From assembly GCA_964016885.1 (NCBI GenBank), contig OZ024743.1, forward strand, positions 179,614,001-179,678,000: a stretch of DNA of 64,000 bases. The letters run 5' to 3'. Every line of letters begins with the position of its first letter. The stretch's first letter is position 1. The stretch comes from Eledone cirrhosa (Eukaryota). The notes under the pieces were generated by a model. The model searched no databases and had not been told where the DNA came from. It worked only from the letters and a program-made list of their open reading frames with translations. A program made the translations under genes and the position numbers. Below, one piece after another: positions 27,183 to 43,207 of this stretch.

Positions 27183-28186
27183 GCAAGTATGAGTGTGTGC
27201 ATAAAGAGGATACAGTATTTCAGTATGTTATAATACCTGGTTTAAATTATGCCCGGAGACAATCTATCAATGATTTTGGGGCGTTTTTCAAACACACTTT
27301 CCTTCATCTTTTTTTTTTTTTGTTTTTTGTCATCATCACCTTATCTTCTCTTACATAATAGGCCTCTATCTGTTTTTTGTAGCTACAATAATTCAACATT
27401 ATCTCCATGTTTGAGCTAGATTTTATTTTATATTTGTTTCATTCCTGTCGGAGTTCACCTTGTTTTTGTGTTTGCATAACATAGCATTTGCTTTACGTTC
27501 TCGTGTGGTAACTCTTCTTTTTATGTTGTTATACAAGTCGCTGCACGAATCTTATTCTGCTTGATATATTTCAAACTTTGCTACATTATCTCTTTAACTT
27601 AATTCTCCTTGATTTTGAAGTATTTCGTGTAAAGTATCAATGTCTTAATGTCTCTAAATTTACTATCTTTTTAAACTATTTTTGAAAATATTGTATTTAT
27701 TTTTGTTTATCGTAACGCATGAAAATCACATTATATTTTCATATATATTTTCTTCGTTCTTGTCAGAATCCAGTTGCCATTTGTATTGCACGCCATTTTC
27801 CTTTCCTTTTCGTTCCTTTTTCTTTCTTGAAAACAAATATTTTACCACATGATATTGAAGCAAAAAATATATACTTCTAAATTTTAACACGGCTCACTTA
27901 GAAAGAGAATGGAAATGATGAATTAAAATTAAGAATAATATCAACTAAATGTGGAAACCAAACAAGTTACATTGAATTTATATCTTAGGAAAATATAATA
28001 GAATAACACATATGAATTAAAAAGATATTTAAAACAAGTTGAGATGAAATAGTTAGTTCGGGTTGAGAAACGTTGAGCACAGTTACACCACTCTTCAATA
28101 GACATGGTTACATAAATAGTTTATGAAAATAAAAATTAGGATCGACATAAAAAGACTTTCTTAGGTAATATGTATGCATGTATTTA

Positions 28187-28234
<48 letters not shown>

Positions 28235-28357
28235 GGTGGGTGTGTGTGCGTGCTTGTGTGTGTGTTATCTGTCTGTGTGTGTGTGTGTGTGTGTATTATA
28301 AAGTGAAATTACAGGAGGCCAAAAATGTTGAATTTCCTTAATTATTTATTTCTGCAA

Positions 28358-28415
28358 ACACTATGCACATTTCAGTGGCCAGGTTGCGTAAGGACCTGGT
28401 GACATCTTCAGGCGT
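28358..28415 (-). ncRNA. Minimal type I hammerhead ribozyme
   Basis: ACGC-CUGAAGA-UGUCACCAGG..CCUGGCCACU-GAAA-U(GUGC)A-UA^-GUGU then AAUAAA. Lies in a module (28295-28778) between microsatellites. Confidence 0.75.
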
Positions 28416-28901
28416 AAATTGCGTAACATATGTATACCAACGGAAGAAGGTAAATTTTAAGGAAACAAGCAAAGAAAAAACAAAGAAGAAAAAAAGGTTT
28501 TTGTTTTTGAATCAGAGACAAACAAGGTAGCATGTTCTTATCATGCCTCACCGTTTCTGAGTGAAGTATCTTATTTTGCTAAGCGGATAAGGGAAAGTAT
28601 GGCCTACTGGGCGAATTACTACTACCTCTCAATTCTAACAACCTTCGCACAGCAGGCCGGAGAAGGGGTGAAGAATATCGTGTTACAGACAATAGTAAGC
28701 TACCTGGGTCAAGCTAAGCTCTATACACATACGGGAAGTATATGACAGCCGGGAGAAAAATTTAGGAACAAATCAAGTATATATATATATATATATATAT
28801 ATAGGAGTAGAACACTGGAAGGTAATATCAGTAGTGGTAGAGCACTCAGTCCATGGGACGAGTTAGGTAGAAGTGGTAACACAACAGTTAGTACACCATA
28901 T

Positions 28902-28939
28902 CGAGAACAATTGTTTCACCTTAACGGGTCTTCAGTTCG
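28902..28939 (-). ncRNA. Minimal type I hammerhead ribozyme, palindromic loop 3
   Basis: CGAA-CUGAAGA-CCC(GUUAA)GGU-GAAA-C(AAUU)G-UU^-CUCG, with one helix I mismatch. Module 28804-29040 is flanked by (TA)n. Confidence 0.65.
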
Positions 28940-29537
28940 TAATAGACATGGTTATACGGAACAGTAAATACAACCGTATGAATGTGCATGCGCAGGAGCA
29001 GTCACGTCACCCAGGCAATACAAAACTGCGTGCGAGAGGGTATATATATATATATATGGTAGCTAAGATGCTTCCATAGGCGGTAGCAGGTTGAGAACTC
29101 TATGCTCCTACGGAGCAGAGTATTATAGAATAGAAAACGAAAAATCACAAATATACGCATAGATGCACACAGAGAGGCACATTTGTGTGACTATTTATTT
29201 GTGTGTCTGTACACATGGGTATGTGTGTATGCTTCTGGGCGTGCATGTGTGAAGGTAAGCACACAAGCTACTCTGTATGTATCTGTCAGTATCTCTGTGC
29301 GTGTGTGAGTGCGAGTGGGAGTGGGAGCTGACAAAGAGCAGTAATTTTGCCGAGGGGACTGTGGGTGAGTGACAGCTCACGCCCTGACGGTCAGCGGGCT
29401 GCTACCAGTGCTCAGAATAATGATGACGTCACTAACCAGTCACCAACCCAAGGACGTGCAAAGCGGATGAAGGTGGACGATACAGACCTGTAGGGTCAGA
29501 AACCCCAGAAAGAGGATATGCACCGAAATCAATAGAC

Positions 29538-29625
29538 GTGTCCGAGGAACCTGCGAGTTTAGAATCAGGTCGATCCACACACAGATCGCACCTCGAGCTG
29601 TTCGCCGAGGAAACACTTGTAACAC
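29538..29625 (+). ncRNA. Hammerhead-like motif (U4C core) with a multi-hairpin helix II insert
   Basis: GUGU-CCGAGGA-[61 nt]-GAAA-C(ACUU)G-UA^-ACAC then AAUAAA and (TA)n at 29671. Same GAAACACUUGUA as 36933-36944. Confidence 0.6.
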
Positions 29626-29665
29626 AATAAATTGAGTTCCGATGCATCACTGATTTTTCGTTTTG

Positions 29666-29720
<55 letters not shown>

Positions 29721-29933
29721 TCTTTAAGTCGTTTGGAAGCCTCGACAATGCAAATGAGTAAATCTCCGGGTAATAAGATCCGGTGGTGGAGAGAGAGATG
29801 TAAATGGCTGTACGTTGAGATGCGTGGTGTGTATAAGATGTGTAAGATGTGTAGAAGAATAAAGGGAAGAGTATAAAGGATAAAATTAAAATAACAACAC
29901 AAGAGAGGGTTACCTTGGGAGAGATTTAATAGT

Positions 29934-29969
29934 CCCTATATATTTCGGATTCACATCCATCAACTGGGG
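29934..29969 (-). ncRNA. Ultra-minimal hammerhead-like motif with atypical core (PLE-2 3' region)
   Basis: CCC-CAGUUGA-UGGAU(GUGA)AUCC-GAAA-UAUA-UA^-GGG. The core differs from CUGANGA at positions 4 and 6. Confidence 0.5.
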
Positions 29970-30367
29970 TTTTTTTCCGGGGTGGGGGAAAGGTTGTCTG
30001 TCGGACAGGTGCGAAACGCGTCCTCCGCTGTTTGTTGTTTTGAATATCTGAGGTATTCGGCAGAGCGCGCGTGCGCGTGAAATGGGGTCGGTCGGGCAGA
30101 GGTCAGCGGCCGAATGAGGGAGTGGGGTGGCGCTAGGTGTCAGTCCATTCTCTGCCTGTTTGTTAAATGTTACTGTGTGTGTGTGTGTGTGTTGTTGTCT
30201 CGCTTGAGTGTGTGTGTGTGTGTGCGTCTGATGTTGCCTTGTTCCTCTGTATTAGCAGTGTAGTATGTTCGTATGGTGGAATGCTACTGTGCGTGTGTGT
30301 GTGTAGTTGTCTCGTTTGTGTGTGTCTGTGTGTGCGTGTGTTGTGTGTTGCTGCATCGTTTGTTAAC

Positions 30368-31421
30368 TTAAACCAGCCATCTCATTTCGCTTCTCTCTGA
30401 TCGGTTGTTTATTTGCGGTTGCAGGCGTTTGATAAAAAGCGCTTCCTTGATACGTAACGTGCCGACGTTTCTTTCAGTCGCTAGAATTGTGACAATGGGC
30501 CTTCCGTCTTTGTTTCCGCATTTGTCTATGTGTTTCCGGAAAGACGAGGCCCTGGTTTTAGTGTGTTCCTTGATCCGGATGTGTAAAGGTCGGATTGTGC
30601 TACCTATGTAGTATTGGTTGCACCTGTCACATTCTATCTTATACACGACGTATGTGCGTAGGCAACAGTTCGCATTGCGTATCGGGCAGTCTCTGAGGGA
30701 GCATGCGTCAGTAGATTTTTCGGGTTTCCTGGAGAGGCATCTTCGCAGGGAGGGGCCCGAGTGGGCCAGGTGGATGTCGAGGCCCTCCCTCCGTATAGCC
30801 TTGCGGATAGCGTTGGTGGTATTCTCGCCCAGGTGTGGAATTTTAAGGAAGCACTTGCCTTGGGTGCCTCTCTGTCTCTTGTGTCTGGTGTCTACTATTC
30901 TGTCTGTGATCGAGGTAGGGTACCCGTTCGTCTCCAGCACCTCGAGAAATCGCTTGTTATGAGTGACACCACTCGCAGGATCGCTGCATCTGTTTTTGAT
31001 TCGCGCGATCTCGTTCGTGATGTATCCTCTTTTGGCACTGTTAGGGAGGGCAGACTTGTAGTGAACGAACAGGTCCCTGCAGGCTGCCTTTCGGTAGAAG
31101 TTGCAGTGGATCCTTCCCTGTTCCGTGATGTTGATTCGGAAGTCGAGGAGGGCAAGTGACCCGTCTTCGTTGGGGTGTTCAACACTGAAGTCAATGTTCT
31201 CGTCCGTGTTGTTGAACGTCTCATGGATTCTGTTCGCCGTGTCTTGGGAAGATGTGAGGATGAGGATATCGTCCACGTACCTTGAGAAAAAGGCTACGGC
31301 GTTGTGGTGGCAGGCGTTGAGTGCCTTGCGTTCGAGGTTGTCCGTGTAAGAGATCGCTAGCACACCTGGTAGGCTTGATCCCATGGGCAATCCCGAGGTT
31401 TGTTGGTATGTTTGGTCATAC

Positions 31422-31423
<2 letters not shown>
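30368..31423 (-). CDS. PLE polyprotein, N-truncated: RT motifs B to E, thumb, GIY-YIG
   Basis: YQQTSGLPMGSSL, RYVDDIL, FSVEH..LALLD, FYRK..HYKSA, VVYKIECDRCNQYYIGSTIRPLHIRIKEH, KEALFIKRLQPQIN. The ORF-track N-terminus (31424-31516) is microsatellite. Confidence 0.9.
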
Positions 31424-31493
<70 letters not shown>

Positions 31494-31559
31494 ACATTAA
31501 ATATAGCGAAAGCCAATGATATATGTATATATATAATAGGTGACAGTACCTATTATTTT

Positions 31560-32456
31560 CATGAAAAGGATTGACATGAGCAGCCGAGTTGGAAGTTGTA
31601 TCTTATCTGGCAAGTGTAGGATCAGTCGGCTGGAATTTGCAGACGACATGATGTTACTTAGCTCGACAGAAGGTGTTCTCCGACTTGCACTTGATAAGTG
31701 AAAACTTAAATACTCTGCGAAGTCTGTGCAGTGCAGTCTAAATGTTTATGAAATTCCACTGAAGCAGATGGTCGTGTCCACCCGTGGTGGAAGGCAGGAG
31801 GCTGAATTAAGTGCAAGAATTGCAGAAGCTGGTGCAGTAATTCGCCAGCTTCAGCATTCAGTAATCCGAAGAAGGTGTTGAAGCGAAACTCGCTGTCTTA
31901 AATTCAGTATTCGTGACAACGTTCACTTATGGTCATAAATTTTAGGTAATGACCGGAAGAATACGATTGTGAATACAACCTGCCGGAATTGGCTTCCTCC
32001 GAATGGTCTTTGGAGTAACGTTACTCGATAAAGTGCGTAGCTGGGAGATCAGGAGTCACTCATGGTAGAGCCACTACGTCTCCGTATTGAGAGATTACAG
32101 CGTCGATACTACAGGCATGATGTTAGAATGTTTCCGGAAATAATTTTTGAAGGGATCAGCACGATGGTTGGATAACATCCATGAACTAGACTGGTCTCGC
32201 ATGGGGATCCAGCCGGATGAGTTGGAGGCGATTGCTCCTGACAGCATCCGCTGGAAGGAGTGTTTGAGGACTCTGTGCCACGACCCTCTCGGGAATAAGT
32301 AGGCGAAGAAGAAGAAGAAGAAGAAGAAGAAGAAGAAGAAGAAGAAGAAGAAGAAGAAGAAGAAGAAGAAGAAGAAGAAGAAGAAGAAGAAGAAGAAGAA
32401 GAAGAAGAAGAAGAAGAAGAAGAAGAAGAAGAAGAAGAAGAAGAAGAAGAAGAAGA
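31560..32456 (+). mobile_element. RTE-clade (Expander-like) LINE 3' fragment with (GAA)n tail
   Basis: RISRLEFADDMMLLSSTEGVLRLALD and EAELSARIAEAGAV; frameshifted. (GAA)n at 32306-32456. Confidence 0.8.
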
Positions 32457-32460
32457 TATA

Positions 32461-32492
<32 letters not shown>

Positions 32493-32732
32493 ATATACAT
32501 ATTCAGCAAAGATAGCCGTGCAGATTCATAAAATGTATATATAAAGAACGAATAACAATGCCATAACCATTTTTATTCATAAGTTTATTCTTCGCTGTAT
32601 ACACACTTCCTTTGTATCGGCACGTCTTTGCTTAAAATAAAATAAAAAATTAGCCGTTGAATCCTAATATTAACATTTGTCTAAATATACATACATCTAT
32701 GTATATATGTATATATATATATGCACATACAT

Positions 32733-32799
<67 letters not shown>

Positions 32800-32953
32800 G
32801 AAAAACACAGGAGAGTGTGTTTTCATTTATAGGATGTTAACCACCAGCTTGAAGAGAATATAAGCTAAGAGATGTATAGGAGAAACATAATAATTAAAAG
32901 GATAAATTAAAATGAAAAACCTACCTCATAACTAAATCGCACTTGTACAAACT

Positions 32954-33016
32954 CACTAAGAGGTTGTTTCACCGTATTAGTGGATCCAAACTCAGCTCTT
33001 GGATCATCAGCAAGTG
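32954..33016 (-). ncRNA. Decayed hammerhead motif in a (TA)-flanked module (32790-33080)
   Basis: CACUUG-CUGAUGA-UCC..GGU-GAAA-CAACC-UC^-UUAGUG. The helix III pair is broken. Confidence 0.5.
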
Positions 33017-33107
33017 GTCAAGCTGATATTGTCCCCACTACTAAAGATAACTATAGTAACTGACCTGAGCTCATTGAATTATATATGCATATATATACAT
33101 ATATATA

Positions 33108-33138
<31 letters not shown>

Positions 33139-33657
33139 CTTCTACCTCGCCCCTCCACCACTATTCCTTTGATCATAATGCCCCTTCTTCTACACCACCA
33201 CTACTTCCTTCTCCTAACGCCTTGCCTCTCTAGATACAGTTACCAGAATCTGCCCCCTCCAACTTTTTCTCCTTCACACCAGTTTACTACTATGATAAAT
33301 TCAACCAAATCACTACCAAGAGCAGTGAGTTATTTTTTCACACCCTACAAATATTATTGCACCCTTAAAAAGACTTGTTGAACACACAATCCGGGATTTT
33401 ACATATCTCTTTATAAATATATATACAGAAGGTTACATCCAAAGTTGGTAGTCCCTTTAGGCAAATCCAATCCGAGCATATACCTGGACACAAAACATCT
33501 TCATATCACATACAATGATCTTTAAAATGAAGTAATTGATCTAAAGCTAAGACGGAATGATAATGGCTGGAACTCATTACACTGTGACATATTTTGGAAC
33601 TGGGCCGCCATAGGAACAATTGCAACAAATCACCAAAAATTTACAAATACAATCCGT

Positions 33658-33740
33658 CCTCTATCACTGTACTCTATGTTCTATCACTGTATTCTATGTT
33701 CTATCATTGTACTTCATGTTCTATATTTGTACTCTATGTA
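33658..33740. repeat. 20-bp tandem repeat, about 4 copies
   Basis: TCTATCACTGTACTCTATGT units. Confidence 0.8.
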
Positions 33741-34356
33741 TCGCCATGAAAAATCAAAATTGGAAATATTGAATTAAAAATGTATTATTACAACGTGAAA
33801 GACCTTACAGGAGATAATCAGCCACATGTAAATTTATAAGAGAAAACTGTATGGTTTAATAAACGTTGTGTGAGATAAAAACATTTTCATTAAAAAGAAG
33901 GGTAAGAAGCGTTATATCGAAACGACTTGTAGAAGAAAGCTAGGAAAGCGAGTCACATATGGATTGATAACTTATGACTATGACAATATCTCAAGTATAT
34001 GTCTAATTATAGAAATAAATTGGGTAAGTCTGCCAGAAGTATTGTTTGAATGCTTGCTATATTTGAAACCAGTGTTAAAAATATACGTACATAATTACAG
34101 GATGAATAAAAAGGATATAAAATTTCAGGCGATCATTATTCCAGAGAGATGTGTACATAAAAGCATTCTTTTATCCATTTTCACTGACTTAATTCATTGG
34201 ACATTGAACCATGCGGCAGTGCAACAGACGCCCCCCCCCCCCCCCCAACACACACACAATATATATAGAGAGATAGATAGATAGATATGAGAAAAGTCAT
34301 CTAGTAAAAACAACACAGGAGAACAATCAGTACAATAAAAATAATAATTACCTTAA

Positions 34357-34409
<53 letters not shown>

Positions 34410-34412
<3 letters not shown>

Positions 34413-35086
34413 CAGGAAAGAAGAGTGACACGGTCTATACAAAAAAGATTTTTAATCTCATTGCTGACAATTGTTTCTCTGAACTGGTAGGTCTAGAGAT
34501 CGCTATCCGCTTATTTTCGCGTTACTCGATCGCCAATACAAAATTATAACCAGTCAGTTCATCGAAGCTTGCGAGAATGAAGAGAATATACAGGCATGAA
34601 AGGAATATACAGGCTACTATATGTAGTAGTAATGGCATTCAGTTAGAACAATAACAACAATATCAACAATGCTAGCAATAAAATATTTGAAATAATCACA
34701 ACATCAATTTAGGTGGGGAGTATAGTATATCTATGATTTTAGCTGAATACCATTACTACTACATATAGTAGCCTGTATATTCTCTTCATTCTCGCAAGCT
34801 CCGATGAACTGACTGTTTATAATTTTGTATTGGCGATCGAGTAACGCGAAAATAAGCGGATAGCGATCTCTAGACCTACCAGTTCATAGAAACAATTGTC
34901 AGCAATGAGATTAAAAACCTTTTTTGTATAGCAAACCGTGTCACTCTTCTTTCCTGATTTATTATTACTTGCAGCATCACTATGAAAACGCCTTGTTGAG
35001 GCAAACTTAGCCAAGCGTTAATATCATCCACTACCCGGAATACCATAACTGGAGTGGACTGCATATAACTATTATTTGTTACCCCG
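34410..35086 (+). mobile_element. ORF-less fold-back pLTR-like module in (TA)n with HHR-like motif 34798-34903
   Basis: IR about 34410-34647 / 34738-34960. GCU-CCGAUGA-ACUG..CAGU(UCAUA)-GAAA-C(AAUU)G-UC^-AGC, with an imperfect helix II junction. Confidence 0.75.
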
Positions 35087-35115
<29 letters not shown>

Positions 35116-35118
<3 letters not shown>

Positions 35119-35753
35119 GATATCGGATAAGAAGCACTCTACAGTTTGTAGGACTGGAGTATACATAATATATAAGATCAAAAGATGGTTAAAGGAGTTC
35201 CATGTATTTTATTATGCGCATTTCAAAAACAAACATCATCATGCAATAATATTTGTGTTTTCATCAGATAAAACAGGAGGACATGATATGAAGGCTGAAA
35301 AACACTTGTGGATAGTGCAATTTTAAATCAACATATGAAAAGTAATTTTAGATTGATGTGTGATATTGGGAAAAATATTTTATTTAGAGAGGGGGGGTGG
35401 AAAGGATGAAAAAAGGGGAGGGGATGAGAGTGAAGGTGGATTAATTACTTTTCATATGTTGATTTAAAACTGCACTATCCACAAGTGTTTTTTAGCCTTC
35501 ATATCATGTCCTCCTGTTTTATCTGATGAAAACACAAATATTATTGCATGATGATGTTTGAGGAGATGAGAGTGAAGGTGGATAAATTACTTTTCATATG
35601 TTGATTTAAAACTGCACTATCCACAAGTGTTGTTTAGCCTTCATATCATGTCCTCCTGTTTTATTTGATGAAAACACAAATATTATTGCATGATGATGTT
35701 TGTTTTTGAAATGCGCATAATAAAATACATGGAACTCCTTTAACCATCTTTTG

Positions 35754-35758
<5 letters not shown>
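35116..35758. mobile_element. ORF-less fold-back copy of the PLE-3 pLTR (one minus arm, two plus arms)
   Basis: 35175-35400 is nearly identical to 5321-5545. Inverted copies at about 35442-35560 and 35585-35757. (TA)n on both sides. Confidence 0.88.
35207..35273 (-). ncRNA. Canonical minimal type I hammerhead ribozyme
   Basis: UUUUAU-CUGAUGA-AAACA..UGUUUUU-GAAA-U(GCGC)A-UA^-AUAAAA. The plus-strand copy at 35659-35725 carries C3U. Confidence 0.8.
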
Positions 35759-36292
<534 letters not shown>

Positions 36293-36295
<3 letters not shown>

Positions 36296-36998
36296 GTATA
36301 GGATTATCCAAGATGCAGTGATGGTTAATTACTACACTGGATATGGTTGACGTACGGTAAGAGGTTACTCTACGAGTTATGGAAGAATTGTTCAAGAAAC
36401 TTAGTTCCTGATCCTTCAGTATTCCGGAGTGTATATAAAGAATGAATAATAACAGGTAGACATCATAAAAAGGTAGTTTGTTCACTCACCACATATACTT
36501 TATCTGTCCCCTCTCTACCTATATATCTCTCTCTACATCCATTACACTCTCTCTCTCTCACCTTTGACCTACCTCCCTCTCAACATCTATGAACTTGACC
36601 TCTGGGGCAATAAATAATTCCGACCTCAACTATCTACGCATCTCTCCAAAAGTAACTAATAAAACCCCTACCATAACATTTTGATTAAGATATCTACAAG
36701 CCACTCTCTCCTACTTCTCCAACCCCTGCATATCTTTCCTTCTCTCTCCATCTTCCCTACTTTTCTCTCTTCCTGTTCCACTCTATCTTCCCCAACAACC
36801 CCACTTAAGGGTTTTTACATTGTATATTTACCATTCTGCTCTGAGGAAACAGTGGTCACAGCATTGGATATTCGAGTTCTGCAAATACTTGTGAATTTGC
36901 ACGTAGCGGAACTAGGCTGCAGTACCACCGTGGAAACACTTGTAAGCACACGGAATAAACTACCTTTTTATGATGTCTACCTGTTATTATTCATTCTT

Positions 36999-37003
<5 letters not shown>
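36293..37003. mobile_element. ORF-less fold-back pLTR-like module between long (TA)n tracts
   Basis: IR about 36432-36483 / 36953-37004; contains an HHR. Confidence 0.8.
36837..36948 (+). ncRNA. Type I hammerhead ribozyme, canonical core, 85-nt branched helix II
   Basis: UGCU-CUGAGGA-AACAGUGGU..ACCACCGUG-GAAA-C(ACUU)G-UA^-AGCA then AAUAAA. Confidence 0.75.
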
Positions 37004-37599
<596 letters not shown>

Positions 37600-39029
37600 C
37601 ATAACTCATGTCTATAGAATTAATCAGATATTAAAATATATACTATTTCTTCTTCTAATCAGCATAATTAACCATATACATAATCAAATCTAGCAAGCTT
37701 TAAGAATAAATTTTCTAACGGGGAAATCTCCGACAAATAACTGACCGCAGCTAGTTCGCGTTAACTCCGTTCACCATTTATCAAACATTTCGGCAGCATG
37801 CAGAATCCGATCATATATATATAATGTATAATAAGCAATACAATTTAATTACCTCATTACCAGAAGTTTCCCGAATAAAACGAATACGAAAAACGTCCTC
37901 ATTCATTCGTTGGACGCGGCAATTTAAAACATAGTGAAATATTTGAAAAATCTTCTCAAGAAAGGCAAGAGTTTAACGGGCACAAAAATCAAAGCAAGAG
38001 ATATATAAAAAAAATGAGGAAATATAGTTAGGGTATGTGTATAAATGTGTATATATTCACTCACAAATGTACATATGTGTGTATGTACAAATGCATGTGT
38101 ATAGTGAAAACGTGTGTGTGCGTAAGTGCGTATATGAGGGCAAGCATAATAGTGTATGTGTAAACAATACGTATATAATATAAGTTGAAAAATAATGTAC
38201 ATCCAGATATAGGTATTAAATATATACACATACAAGTATGAAAGCACGTGTATAACACACGCGCGCGATCATTTATATGCGGAAGATAAAAAGGGAAGGG
38301 AGTGTATTAGTAAAACAGAGTGTCATATTCGATACATATAAAAATGAAACAATATATGAGAAAGAAAAAAATGTTGTTTAAATCAAAGAGAAAGTAAGAG
38401 GGAGGGGTTATCAATTGTAAATTAACACTAGAGAAAAAGAAAACAAACATAGGTTCGCACGTACGCACACATATATATAAACATATATATATATATATGA
38501 ATACGTACAGGCAAAAATGCATGCATACGTACATACATACACACGAAGCACACATATATATGCATATATCGGCATACGTATATCTAAGCACACGTACGTA
38601 CGCGACTATACATATACACATATGCATACACACACATACTTACATATACATATATATATATATATACACATACGTTCACCCACATACACACACTCGTATA
38701 AAATAAAGATATAAAAACATACATGCTCACACATATAGACACACACGCACACACACACGGAAGCGCATACACACTCACACGCATAGACACAAATTATAGA
38801 CCAGCCATATGAAAAAAAAAGAAATACAAATATAAAAGCGGCTGCGAAACAACAGGATATATCTGGAGCTGAAAACGCAAGTGACTGTAATATCAGGTAG
38901 TGAAAGTAAATGGGGAAGTAAAGTGTATTATACATTAAATTTTATTATACATTAAATTTAGCTCTGGTACTTACATAGAGCACTCTTCACTCCTATGACA
39001 TTTTCAATTTTCAACGAAAACTTCAATAC

Positions 39030-39065
<36 letters not shown>

Positions 39066-39102
39066 GCACACACACAAGTATGTGTCTGTGTGTGTGTGCG
39101 TA

Positions 39103-39780
39103 TACGAAGGAAACAAAAAACGAACAAATAAGAGGTTGCATTAACATGAAGTCGTATTAGTTTCATGCGTAGAAGAGAGAGTGTACGTTACATAGTCAAG
39201 GTAACAGGATGTTTAGTAAAATGGTAGTTGATTTAATAATTCCTTGGTTATGATATCCTATTTGAAGACATGAATCTCCGAGTTTCCTTTGAGTTTTCTA
39301 AATTTAAATATCTCATCGGTTTTTTTTCGCCCAAAAGATATTATCTAGGCAGCATAATATTGGCCTGCACATCAGGAATTTTGATTTTCTAACTGGTGAT
39401 GTTGTTTATACTTTAACATATATGAGAACTGGTATGCAGGATGCTGAAATGTATGAAATTTCATGCCACTTGTGTAATTTTGTACAGGAGATTGATATGG
39501 ATGTTGACGAACCATTTATTTCCGGGTGTACTATTGTTGTTTGATAAGCATAAATGCGTTGGTGTTTTCATTTGTTTTTGTAATTCTCTCTATGCACCGT
39601 GTACAGAATGTTAACCCTTCAAATTAAGTTAAATGTGACCTGGTTGGGGATGTTATTTGTATTTTCTGTCGTAGAACACGAGTCTTTTTATGTATATTTG
39701 TTGGTTATTACCAGTTATTTCATTTGATTTCGTCAATGATATGAATATGTATTTTAGAATTTTAGAATGTTTTATTAAAT
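39103..39780 (-). mobile_element. Possible very decayed PLE 3' end
   Basis: Terminus TTTCCTTCGT-ATA matches the PLE-1 terminus. GAAACTAATA.GACTT segment shared with 17231-17277. Only weak GIY-YIG-like fragments (CTRC, ENY, TIVH) near 39520-39610. Confidence 0.35.
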
Positions 39781-40516
39781 TTCTACAAGTTATTATTATA
39801 CGTATTAATACTTTTGCATACGAAATCGACCAGGTAATCTAACTAAATACCAGCCTGGTTACATTGGTCTATAACGACACTACATAGGAAGCTAACAAAA
39901 GAAACATTACAGTATTACATTACATTGATATCTTGATAAATATTTCAGTTGGAAACTTAACAAAGAAGAAAATTACCATCATTGGAATGCCTCAGCATAA
40001 AATAATAAGTTAAAATCGAAATAAAATATAAAATCGAAAATAATCGCTTTACTACTTACTCTATATACCGGCCATAGCAACATGAGTTAAATGACATGAC
40101 AGCTAAAATTCCCTTCAATCAAATTGATCTCTTAGTACCTATTACTACTATTAAGGCAACTGCTACACTTTTAAAACCGCCCACAACTGACGTTTCGGCT
40201 ATAAAATACTCGGGCTAGTTTCTCTTTCGACGAGCAAATATTCGCATATCATACACTCTGTCGGCTGGTTACATATTAGACTTACACAGCTGTTGCATAA
40301 CCACCGTCTAATGCCTCTGAAATGTACTTTACGATGTTATATTTTATAATAAATTGAATTATGGAAACCTAGAAACTTCTCTTCGTTTTATTACCATAAT
40401 AATCCTCCATTGGATATCGTACATATAATACCAATTCTTACTTATATGGATACAGCAGACATGGATTATGCTTGATTACAGTAAAATTCGTTAATTGTGA
40501 AATCAACTAACGCAGT

Positions 40517-42060
<1,544 letters not shown>

Positions 42061-42065
42061 TATAT

Positions 42066-42182
42066 ATTAAAATAACAGATTAAAGTTTAAGCAAAGAATC
42101 GCTGCTTTCACCCTTCATATATATTTATCCTTATCGAGCCCTCTTTGGATTTTAGTCTTCACATTTATTATTATTACTATAT
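42066..42182. mobile_element. Rearranged fragment of the 3982-4225 pLTR family
   Basis: 42066-42115 is the inverse of 41592-41640. 42118-42182 equals 4152-4215. Confidence 0.8.
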
Positions 42183-42189
42183 GTGTGTT

Positions 42190-42890
<701 letters not shown>

Positions 42891-43207
42891 TGTTTCTTTA
42901 TTAGCCACAGGGGCACAAAAGAAGGGGACAAACACAAAGGGGGAAGTTTATATACAATAAAACGTGTAAAATATCACAAATGCAATTTAAAAATTAGTCG
43001 ATTTTCCCCAATAGGGGGAGACATTTGATATGGGTAACACATACTCCCGAAAAAAAATGTGCAACCCTCATCTCCAGGAGTGCGAAGAGTTTGTACTCCT
43101 TTCCTCTCCTCCTCTTTTTCCTCAACCTACAGGCTGATATAGAGAGAAGGCCCATTCACTCGGACCATTATCGCCACCTTCACCCACCTTTCATAAAACT
43201 TGCTGGG

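Larger units (their letters stand above)
29717..31423 (-). mobile_element. Penelope-like retroelement PLE-2, 5'-truncated, in (TA)n
   Basis: RT + GIY-YIG ORF, (TA)n at both ends, HHR-like motif in the 3' region. Confidence 0.92.
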
